This document shows positions 1 through 9,798 of a stretch of 64,000 bases of DNA, piece after piece; the first letter of the stretch is position 1; each line of letters starts with the position of its first letter. The notes under the pieces are model-generated. The model was not told the origin of the DNA. It was given only the letters and a program-made list of their open reading frames with translations, and did not search any database. This DNA comes from Squalus acanthias (taxonomy: Eukaryota): the NCBI GenBank assembly GCA_030390025.1, contig CM059432.1, forward strand, positions 110,486,001 to 110,550,000. The letters are read 5' to 3'. The translations under genes and the position numbers were made by a program.

Positions 1-193
1 CTTAAAGAAATAAGGGTGGGAATTGCAGGAACTCTGGCACAAATCTTCTAGAAATCACTGAATACCAGAGAAGTGCCTGGGGACTGATGTTAGTCCTATT
101 TTTGAAAAAAGGTAGCAAAACTGACCCAGGAAACTATGGACCAGTAAGTTTGAGGCCATTGTTAATAAAGTTATGGAAACCCTTATGATCATG

Positions 194-926
194 GGGCTGG
201 ATTTTGTCTTGGGGTCGAGTTGGGGTCGTGTCATCCACATTTCGTGTTCCCCCCCGACTCCAGATTAATGTGGATGAATGATGCAATTGTCACTTAATTG
301 GGCAATTGAGTTCCAGCATGTGGGAACCCATGAACTAATTAGTGGTTTCAGTCTGAAAGTCGCCTCTGATGATGCCATCATTGCTGCTGCATTACAGGTC
401 AGAGACTGACTGCCTGGTTTCAGAGACTGACTGGCTGTTGGTGAGAGAGGACCTGCCTGATGTGAGTGGACCTGGATATATATATATGAGAGAGAGAGAG
501 AGAATTTTTTTTGCATCCATGCAGTCTCTGAAGACATTCAATGCAGCAGCATCAGAGGCGACTTTCACACCTACTACTACCTTCATCACATCTCCGTTGT
601 AATAGTGAACCTGCAGCTGATAGTCAGCTATCCACTTGTGCTCCCGCCAGGTTTCACTGGAATGTTTCACATCAGGCGTACTTCACGTCGGAAAAGGGTT
701 AAACTAGCTAAAACGTTTCAAAATGGCATTACAGAGCCAATTTAGGGCTTGTTAAGGGCTTTAATGGCCTCTTCCGCCTCTTGGAGGTGGGACGGAGTCG
801 GGAACCCCGCGACTGATTTTGTCAAAATTGCGTGGAGGCGGGATGGGGTCGGGACCCCCGACCCCGCAAATTTAACCCCCCACACGCCTCCAAACCCGAC
901 TCCATGGGCCATTCAAAATCCAGCCC
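194..926. mobile_element. PIF/Harbinger-type MITE (family C)
   Basis: 12-bp TIR GGGCTGGATTTT...AAAATCCAGCCC and 3-bp TSD ATG (191-193, 927-929). Removing it restores the CR1 host. Internal (TA)n(GA)n at ~477-501. Confidence 0.85.
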
Positions 927-1021
927 ATGGAGTATCTGGATAGAAATAAAGTGATAAAAGGGAGCTAATATGGTTTAATTAATGGGAGGTTTTGTTAATC
1001 TAATCTACTGGTTTTATACAA

Positions 1022-1178
1022 TCACAGACTATTACAGCACGGAAGGAGGCCATTCGGCCCATCGAGTCTGCACTGGCTCTTTCGAAGAGCAATCCAGTCA
1101 GTCCCACTCTCCCGCTCTTTCCGCATATCACTGCAATTTTTTTCTCCTTCAAGTATTTATCCAAGTCCCTTTTGAAGA
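1022..1178 (-). mobile_element. CR1 3'-end fragment
   Basis: GAAGGAGGCCATTCGGCCCATCGAG stem-loop tail, shared with other CR1 3' ends in the window (e.g. reverse of ~44860-44930). Confidence 0.8.
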
Positions 1179-1299
1179 ATAGCACAGCACAGAAGGAGGA
1201 AAAGCTTAATGGCCCAAATGGGGATTGAACACATGACCATGGCATTAGTAGCATCTCCAACCAATAGAGCAAACCAGACTCATCAAAGATAAACAGTTT

Positions 1300-1530
1300 T
1301 CCAGCAATGTTGGTCAATGGATCAATATTAAGCAGCACATTGGGAGAACTCCCCGACTCTTTCTTTCACCTGAGAGGGTAGACAGGGCCTTTGTTTAATA
1401 TCATATCTAAAAAGCGGCACCTCAACCAACACTGCCAGATTGGATTATATGGTCAAATCCTACAGTGGAACCTGAACCCATGTCCATTTGATTTCGAAGC
1501 GAGATTGCTACCACTGAGCTAAAGCTGATG
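1300..1530 (-). mobile_element. Deu-domain SINE (SacSINE1/AmnSINE-like), degraded
   Basis: Reverse strand reads TCAGCTTTAGCTCAGTGGTAGC (tRNA-like head)...GAGGTGCCGCTTTT...CCCTGTCTACCCTCTCAGGTG...GGGGAGTTCTCCC, matching the Deu domain as I recall it. Confidence 0.65.
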
Positions 1531-1539
1531 TACATAAAG

Positions 1540-1836
1540 AGATATTAGGACAGCTTGGTCAAAGATGTAGGTTTTCAGAAGTGACTTAAAGGAGGAGAGG
1601 GAGATAGAGAGGTTTCTGGAGGGAATTCCAGAGCTTAGGGCCGAGGCAGCTGAAGGCACAGCCGCCAATGGTGGAACGAAGAAAATCGGAGATGCGCAAG
1701 AGGCCAGAATTGGAGCGCAGAGGTCTCGGAGGGTTGTAGGGCCGGAGGAGGTTTCAGAGATAGGGAGGGATGAGGAAGGGATCAAAACACAAGGATGAGA
1801 ATTTTTAAATTGAGGCATTGCTGGACTGGGAGCCAA
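1540..1836 (-). mobile_element. L2 LINE 3'-end fragment
   Basis: Reverse complement aligns to the L2 3' end at ~16670-17030 (ATTGGCTCCCAGTC...TTTAAAATTCTC...AAGCTCTGGAATT). Confidence 0.8.
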
Positions 1837-2225
1837 TTTCAGTAATGCCTTTTATACAGTTACTCTGGAAAGGTTGATACTGAAAATAAAGAAAGCGGTA
1901 ATCAGTGGAAGTATTTTACAAAGGATATGTAATTGGATGACCGATAGAACCCAGAGGAGGTAATACAAATATTGTCATCAGTTTGGGAGAAGGTTAAAAG
2001 GAGTCTGTTTTGGGATCTCATTTGCTTAATATCTTTATAAATGATCTGGAGCTAGGCGTGACACACACACACTGGCTAAATCTGCAGATAATACAAAGCT
2101 AATAAAGGCGGTAGACTCCAAAGCTGAACATGACAAGCTGTTTCACCTGGTCCAGAACAGTGGGACCAGTGGATACAGCCTGCACTTGAAGGGGGGTAAA
2201 TTCCAAATTAATCTGCGGAAACACT

Positions 2226-2983
2226 GGCCCAGAAATTCCGGTCGGAGGCTTCCCGCGGGCGTAAGCCCCCGACCTGCACAAACGAACCGCGCCGACCGTA
2301 ATGCTCTGGGCCGGCATAGAATTCTGTTGATGTGCCTCTTCAAACTGCCGGTGTGCAGTGCTCGCGTATCCCAGGGGCGAAGCTAGTTCGCAGCGTCCCT
2401 GGGATCACGTGGGCCATGGGGAGCCAATCGGAGCAGGGAATCTCCAGTCATAGATTTGACAGGAAGACCTGTCAAATCTATGAATAGAGATCGGCCCCAA
2501 AACATAAGTAAAACTTCAAATAAATAAAAAAAAAAAATCACATTTTTAAAATGACTATAAATTACATAAATTAACTATTTTAAATAAAAATTTACATTTT
2601 TGAAAAAAATAATTAAAGTTTTTAACGGGGTTAAAAATAAACTTACCTTTCTTTCAAGTATTTTAAAATGATAAATAAGTGTTAAAAAAAATTATTTTAT
2701 TGATATCACCTCTTACCTTGTTAAAAGCAGGCCTTGCGCCTGCTTTCCAGGCACAGCTGCTACCGACTTACCCGGACTGCATCAACCTCGAAAAAAACGG
2801 AAGTTCCAGGCGTACGCGCTGCCTCTCCGGCGTAGGCGTTTTACCTGCGAACCCCTTTCTTCAGAGAACGGAAGTTCCGGTTTCCAGCGGATGCGCAGTG
2901 TATGCGTGAAACCGGCACTTCCGTTGGCCCTACGGGTGAGTACACAGCGCGTACACACCCGTAGGGATCGGAATTTCGGGGCC
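2226..2983 (-). mobile_element. Harbinger-type MITE family A, copy 1 (758 bp)
   Basis: TIR GGCCCAGAAATTCCG / CGGAATTTCGGGGCC; flanks ACT/AGT. Homologous to copies at 3096, 5210, 28942 and 63894. Strand is given relative to copy 2. Confidence 0.85.
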
Positions 2984-3095
2984 AGTCAGTGAGCGAGTGG
3001 TCAATCTATGGAACAGGCTCCCTTATGAAACAATGGAGACAGATAGTGTTGATTCATTCAAATGCAAATTAGATAGATTTATTTCTGAAAATAAT

Positions 3096-3856
3096 GGACC
3101 AAAAATTCGGCCCTTCCCGGGTGAGTACACAGTGCGTACTCACCCGTAAGGCGTCCCGAAGTGCCGGTTTTCTGCATGCACTGCGCATGCGCGGGAAACC
3201 GGAACTTCCGGTCTGGTGAAGGGGGCGGTTCCTAGGTGAACCGCGTGCGCGGTAGAGGCTGCGCGCACGCAGCACACTTAGATTTTTTTTCAGGTTTCTA
3301 CGGGAGGGTAAGTAGTGAAGAAACTACGCTTATAAAAAGGAGGCGCAGGAGCCGTTTTCAACAAGGTAAGCGGTTAATTAAGTATAATTTAAAAAAATTT
3401 TCAACAGCTTTATCTTTTTTAGATACTTTAAAGAAAGGTAAGTTTATTTTTATCACTTAAAAAGTATTTTAATTTTTTCAAAAATTTAAATTTTTGTTTA
3501 AAGTGGTTAATTTATTTAACTATAGTTATTTTATAAATGTGATGGTTTTTAAAAAAAAATATTTTAAGTTTAGCTGTTCTTTTGGGGCCAATTTCAATTC
3601 ACAGATTTGACAGCTCTTCCTGTCAAATTTATGAATGAAAGATGGTCTGCTGCCATTGGCTCTCCATGGCCCACGTGATCCCAGGGGACGCATCGCACTA
3701 ACTACGCCCCTGGGACACGCACACACTGCGCGCCGGCACTTGGAGCAGGCCCAGGAGCTGAAGTTCCCATGGGCCCAAAACACAACGGCAGGCGCGGTAG
3801 GTAAGTGCGCGCGATCCTTACCCCCGCGGCAAGCCGGACAGGCGAATTTCTGGGCA
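3096..3856 (+). mobile_element. Harbinger-type MITE family A, copy 2 (761 bp)
   Basis: Imperfect TIR GGACCAAAAATTCG / CGAATTTCTGGGCA; TSD AAT (3093-3095, 3857-3859). The empty site restores the CR1 host. Confidence 0.85.
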
Positions 3857-4493
3857 AATGTTTTGGGATACGGTGTATGAGTAATTTGAGACATGACATT
3901 TGGTAAGTGTAGCATACTTGGGGGCAATAGGTGACCACTGGGGTTTTCCTCACCTTATGTCTGGGCCTGTTTTAGACTCATTGATAGAGATTGACTGCCA
4001 TAAATTAGTCAACAACTCCGTTAATGTTTTATCATGTGACTACCAGGATGGTAGAAGGCAAACTAGATGGAGCTTTTTTAATCTAGCAATTCCTATGTTC
4101 CTTTGTTCATTATTTTGATAAGTAAAGACTTTAAAATGTGGATGTTTCATTATTTTGCTCAGTAAACCTGGATATCTCTGTTGTATGCAAACAAAAAATG
4201 GACACCAGCTCATCCCTCCTCTGTCAGCATTCACAAGTGAAGTCAGCTCGAGTCAAGCACAGAAGTTCATGACTAAAGGCTGCACAGTAAATGTCAATGA
4301 AATGTCTTTGTTTAGGTCTGTAAGATGCCTCTGTCGTGTATACCTATATAGGCAGGATTAGGATTTGGTTTAATCTCATGATCAAAGCTTTAGGTTTCTT
4401 TTTACTGAATGAAATGGTTAAAGTTGTTCATTCCCAAGATGCTTTAGAGTTTGATGGGTCAAGGAGCTGTTTTAGCTGACAATACGGTTCAGT

Positions 4494-4775
4494 TAGAAAC
4501 ATAGAAACATAGAATCTAGGAGCAGGAGTAGGCCATTCGGCCCGTCGAGCCTGCTCCGCCATTCAATACGATCATGGCTGATCATCCAAATCCAGTACCC
4601 TGTCCCTGCTTTAATCCCCACAGTACACATATCCCACCCTACCCCCGTAACCCCACGTATTTAATTCCCCCTAACATATCCCATCCTATCCCCATAACCC
4701 CACATATTTAATCCCCCCTAACACTAAGGGTCAATTTATCATAGCCAAATCAACCTAACCCACACATTTTTGGAC
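4494..4775 (-). mobile_element. 5'-truncated V-SINE (HE1-like) with CR1-derived tail
   Basis: Near-exact reverse complement of ~27020-27298; ends in a (TTTCTATG)n tail. Confidence 0.85.
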
Positions 4776-5209
4776 AGTTGTTTGCTGAAACACAGGATCT
4801 AAGATTTGTGACCACGTTAAGAGTTACCCATGGTATGGGACAATGGTCAACAGGATACAAACAAATGGCATCGGTTATTTTCAAGGAACTATATCCTTTC
4901 TCAGAGTCTTGCTCACTAACACCTGTCATTGATGAGTGATTGTTACTGACACTGTTTCATGAGAACCTCACTATAAAGATTTCAAGCTCTTGGGTACAAT
5001 TTGTAGAGAAAATCAGCTGTGGAAGGAGCAACAAGGAGTTCTCCACCCAGAGGAAGAGCACACAGTTGTATGTTTTATTTCTCTATATGTCTAATGTTTA
5101 AAGATATTGTGTGCATTTGGACTTGGTTTCATACAATAAAAGGATTTTTTCACCCAGAACCTGGAGTCATGTCTCCAACTTGTTACAGGATAATCAGCCC
5201 TCAGCTATT

Positions 5210-5974
5210 GTCCCAGAAATTAGGCTCCCTGGCTTCCCGCGGGTGCAATAATCGCGCGCGCACCTACCTACCGTGCCTGCCGTTGACCTCTGGGCCGACG
5301 GGGACTTCAGCTCCTGGGCCTCCTGCAGCTGCTGGCGCGCAGTGCTTGTGTATCCCAGGGGCGTAGTTAGTGCGATGCGTCCCCTGGGATCACGTGAGCC
5401 ATGGAGAGCCAATGGCAGCAGACCATCTTTCATTCATAGATTTGACAGGAAGACCTGTCAAATCTATGAATTGAAATCGGCCCCAAAACAACACCTAAAC
5501 TTCAAATAATTTTTTTTTAAACCATCACATTTTTAAAATAACTATAAGTTAAATAAATTAACTACTTTAAACAAAAATTTAAATTTTTGACAAAATTAAA
5601 ATACTTTTTAACAGTGCTAAAAATAAACTTACCTTTCTTTAAAGTATCTAAAAAAGATAAACCTGTTGAAAAATGTTTTAAATTGTAATTAATTAACCAC
5701 TTACCTTGTTAAAAACGGGTCTTGCACCTCCTTTTTAAAAGCGCAGCTTCTTCAATACTTACCTTCCCGGAGAAACCGGAAAAAAAACCTAAGTTCGCTG
5801 CGTGCGTGCAGCCTCTCCCGCGCACGCGGTTCACCTCTGAACCACTCCCTTCACGAAACCGGAAGTTCCGGTTTCCCGCGCATGCACAGTGCATGCAGGA
5901 AACCGGCACTTTAGGAGGCCTTACGGGTGAGTACACAGCACGTACTCACCCGGCAAGTGCCTAATTTCTGGCCC
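5210..5974 (-). mobile_element. Harbinger-type MITE family A, copy 3 (765 bp)
   Basis: TIR GTCCCAGAAATTAGGC / GCCTAATTTCTGGCCC; TSD ATT (5207-5209, 5975-5977). Closest relative of copy 2, in inverted orientation. Confidence 0.9.
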
Positions 5975-6360
5975 ATTGTTTACTTGCACCTTGTTTGCTT
6001 TAGATCATGTGAGAGTGTTGACTTGCTCTGACTAATTATACAGACACTCGGGTTTGTGAATATGTCTGAAATCAGCAGTACAGTCTTGATTGTATGCTAA
6101 TACTTTATTTATACTGCAGTATAGCTACAAAAAATGGTCCTGCAATACTGAATGGGGACTGGGATACTGTGAATTCCACTCTGATTGTATTGTGCCACAA
6201 CGGAACAGAAAAACCTCACATGTAATCTTTCACATGGGGCCGGATTTTGCTCTCGACGGCGATCAAATGGCCCAGCCGTTCTTTACATTTACACTTGCCC
6301 ACAGACATTCTACCGGGTTTTGCACTGGAACTTACTGTAAATTAGAGAGCCAAAACGGCA

Positions 6361-6376
6361 TGGCGCCCTCTACAGG
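6361..6376 (-). promoter_or_regulatory. Candidate CTCF core motif inside the MITE
   Basis: Reverse strand CCTGTAGAGGGCGCCA fits the CTCF core CC(A/G/T)SYAGRKGGCRS. Motif match only. Confidence 0.3.
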
Positions 6377-6495
6377 GGCTCTGGGACCTGTGTGAACAGT
6401 GCAAGCAACTGTGCATCTCCTTAACCAATCAGATTGAACAATTGTTACTGCGCAGAGTCTGAACTAGGAAGTGTTAGTTGAACTATTGAATTCAA

Positions 6496-7172
6496 CGGGG
6501 GTCGGAGATCGCACGGGGACGGGGGTCGGAGATCGCGGGGGAATGGGGGTCGGAGATCGCACGGAGACGGGGGTCGGAGATCGCGGGGGAATGGGGGTCG
6601 GAGATCGCGGGTAGACGGGGTCGGAGATTGTGGGGGGGCGAGTTCGTAGATCGCACGGGGATGGGGGTCGGAGATCGCGGGGGGATGGGGGTCGGAGATC
6701 GCGGGGGGGTGGGGGTCGGAGATCGCGGGGGGACGAGGTCAGAGATCGTGGGGGGAGGGGGTCGGAGATCGCGGGGGGACGGGGGTCGGAGATCGCGGGG
6801 GGACGGGGGTCGGAGATCGCGGGGGGACGGGGGACGGAGATCGCGGGGGGATGGGGGTCGGAGATCGCGGGGGGACGGGGGTCGGAGGTCGCGGGGGGAC
6901 GAGGTCGGAGGTCGCGGGGGGACGAGGTCGGAGATCGCGGGGGGCGGGGGGATGGGGGGCGGAGATCGCGGGGGGACGAGGTTGGAGAGCGCGGGGGGAC
7001 GGGGGTCGGAGATCGCAGGGGGACGGGGGTCGGAGATCGCAAGGGGACGGGGGTCGGAGATCGCAGGGGGGCGAGGTCGGAGATCGCAGGGGGCGAGGTC
7101 GGAGATCACGGGGACGAGGTCGGAGATCACAGGGGTACGGGGGTCAGAGATCGCGGGGGGACGGGGGTCAGA
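6496..7172 (+). repeat. G-rich, CpG-rich ~24-bp minisatellite (GGGGGTCGGAGATCGCGGGGGGAC)n
   Basis: About 28 tandem units seen directly; source of the PPSPRDLR-repeat pseudo-ORFs. Confidence 0.95.
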
Positions 7173-7181
7173 GAGCGACCT

Positions 7182-7330
7182 CCTGAGAGTGGATTAGTTG
7201 CCTGTCCCTCGACCCACCACCTGAGAGTGGATTGGTCGCCTGTCCCTTGACCCACCTCCTGAGAGCGTTTTGGTCACCCGTCCGTCGACCCGCCCTGAGA
7301 GTGGATTGGTCGCCTGTTCCTCGACCTGCC
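7182..7330 (+). repeat. ~38-bp tandem repeat x4
   Basis: CCTGAGAG at 7182, 7220, 7258 and 7294, each followed by GATTGGTCGCCTGT-like sequence. Confidence 0.8.
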
Positions 7331-9139
7331 TCCTTTACAACCGAAGTGGGTGGGTTTATTAGAGAGGCAATTTTTACTTCCCACCCGACCAAAACCCACC
7401 TGTCCTTTTGGTTAAAATTACTCCCATGGTGTCTATTTTCTATGTGATTGATTATTATGCATGCAGGCGTTGAACAGCCCTGAACTCCAATTGAATGAGA
7501 AGTGTTCCTACTTTAAATATAAAAGTTTATTTTGCACAGGTCAAAGGTTAAGGTTCACCTTGAGCCAAATAACTAAGCTGATGCCCAGTCTAATCCACAT
7601 ATCTGGTATTCTCTTTATGTTGCAGAATATCACGCTGATGACTCTACTATCCAAATGCCTGGTATGTTGAATGCAAACGTTTACCACATTCCAAATTGAT
7701 GTGACTCAGTAAGTGCTGGGGGGCCATTCATGCTGTAAGCAATGCCAGTTCTAATACACAGCCTTTCTTTGGGTACGTCCTAATCCAATCCAATCCATTA
7801 TATGCTTGGTGGCAAAGCACCGGAGGACCGGGAGATCTGTCTCAAATCAATGCTGAATGTGTGCCATTTCAACACATTGTGTGCAAATTTTCTGGTCATC
7901 CCTGTAGACTAGCTTAATGATCTTGCCAAAAAGGAGCCACAGCTTCATTTAAATATTGGAATGTATTTGAAGTGAAGCCAAGCAATTGGGAAATTGTAAC
8001 AGCTGGAGTTAGAGGAAGTTCTGTTCCCCATTGATTATAGCCGAGAAATGCTGACACTTATTATTCCAACAACATGCCCTGTAAAACCTGTACACGAGAT
8101 GCCATGCAGAACACAAAATTATTTCCTGCATCGGACAGAAAATTCAACAATCTGGAAGTACTAATGTCGTGAGTAATTTTGACCCAAATGATCTCCCTTC
8201 TGTATGAAGATAATGTCATGGCGGGATTTAATTTATTTTATTTCTAACTCATTCAAGATGGTTAAGCCGATATCTGGCATCAGCCAGCCCGATCTCAATC
8301 TTTACTGTGTGCCTTGGATGGGTGGTACTTCTGTTAGTAGATCAGGTCATTACAACTGTTGTAACCCAGTAACAAGTCAAACATGATTGCACACATTTGG
8401 CTCTCAGATACCAACACATAGTGAACACATCTTCTTAAAAATGGTTCCAGTTCCTGTCCATCTAGCTGGTCTGCCAGCTCTCTTCTCCCCTCCACCTCAC
8501 TATCAACTGACTGTCAGGGCTCTTCCACCATCTGCCCCAGGAGGTCCTCATCCAGCAACCTATCTAACCAGGCATGCCTTTTCCTTTAATAATCATTTCA
8601 GGTCATGTCATAAAATGAATTTATTTGTCTATAATCCTCCTGGATTTTCCTTTTGAAAAATGTCCTCACAATCTTTGTTTCAGGTTCCCTGGGACAACTT
8701 AAGGTAGCTGAATGTAGAAAACTAGCTCGTTATTTGAATATTAAAGAATCTTTTTGCACTCAGCAGGCACTTTGAACTTTAAGTGGCTGAGGATCATTCA
8801 TCTGCTGCACAACTGTGGATCTACATAGGATAATAGGTAAGTTGCAGTGTTTAGCAAAAATTCCACATTGTAAACTGCAAATTCAGACTGGAGGGATGCC
8901 ACAGAATGGCATTCAATATTTTTATTATATGAAGAATAAATGAAATTATGGTTGGATTGATAATTCAAGGGCAGGCATCTTATAATTCATTTTGCTCATT
9001 TGTGTCTGACCAAATGTTTTTCACACCAAAGTAGTATAAACAAAAGAAAAATTACCCCTGAAGCTATTTTCTCCAACATAATATGGGAAGGATAACACAT
9101 AGGCTGGGGTGATTCTAGATATCAAGTTGTTTAAGTTAT

Positions 9140-9280
9140 AAGGAAAGGTTCAAGAAATTGGGCTTGTTTTCTTTAGAAAGTCTTCAAAATGATGAAGGGA
9201 ATTGACACAGTTGATCCAGACAAATTGTTCACTGTGGCAAATGGATCTGATGCCTGGGAGACTAGTTAAAAATTAGCGCT
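9140..9280 (+). mobile_element. Degraded CR1 ORF2 C-terminal fragment
   Basis: ERFKKLGLFSLE...FKMMKGIDTVDPDKLF. Confidence 0.6.
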
Positions 9281-9515
9281 GGGCATTTCCTCGTGGTTCT
9301 CCAGATTGGCGGAAGATCGGTGAAAACCCTATTTACTCTAGAAATCAATCCTAGTGTTTCGTTTACATTTTTAATGGAAACGTTTGAAATTCAAGGTGGC
9401 AGCTCCAAGGGAGCTCCTTTGCTCTGCAACTCTATCCTTGGCCATCCATTGCAATCCTCTGCCCTTTCTCCCCTAATCTCCTCTCTTCCACTGTTTAAGT
9501 TCCCCAGTTTCTAAT

Positions 9516-9798
9516 AGTCATAGAATCATAGAAATTTATGGCACAGAAGGAGGCCATTCGGCCCATCGTGTCTGTGTCGGCCGAAAAAGAGCTATCCAGC
9601 CTAATCCCACTTTCCAGCTCTTGGTCCGTAGCCTTGCAGGTTACGGCACTTCAAGTGCATATCCAGTACTTTTTAAATGTGATGAGGGTCTCTGCCTCTA
9701 CCACCCTTTCAGGCAGTGAGTTCCAGACCCCCACCACCCTCTGGCTGAAAATTGTTCTCCTCAACTCCCCACTAATCCTTCTATCAATTACTTTAAGT
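9516..9798 (-). mobile_element. CR1 3'-end fragment
   Basis: (CATAGAAT)n tail plus stem-loop; reverse of the ~54660-54935 sequence type. Confidence 0.85.

Larger units (their letters stand above)
1..4102 (+). mobile_element. Old degraded CR1 LINE (RT region to 3' tail), split by at least 6 younger insertions
   Basis: Pieces at 1-193, 927-1020, ~1843-2225, 2984-3095 and 3857-4102 translate or align as collinear CR1 ORF2 (LKEI..IF*KSL, PGNYGPVSL, EYLDRNKVIK, FINDLE, ADNTKL, ERVVNLWN). It ends in a CCTATGTTCCT-type tail. Confidence 0.75.
6237..7425. mobile_element. Harbinger-type non-autonomous element containing tandem arrays
   Basis: Ends GGGCCGGATTTT / AAAATTACTCCC (imperfect TIR) flanked by ATG on both sides (6234-6236, 7426-7428). 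Confidence 0.55.

Noticed and set aside
6464..7250. RS/RG-rich and PPSPRDLR ORFs resembling SR proteins
   Set aside because: Translation of the 24-bp minisatellite.
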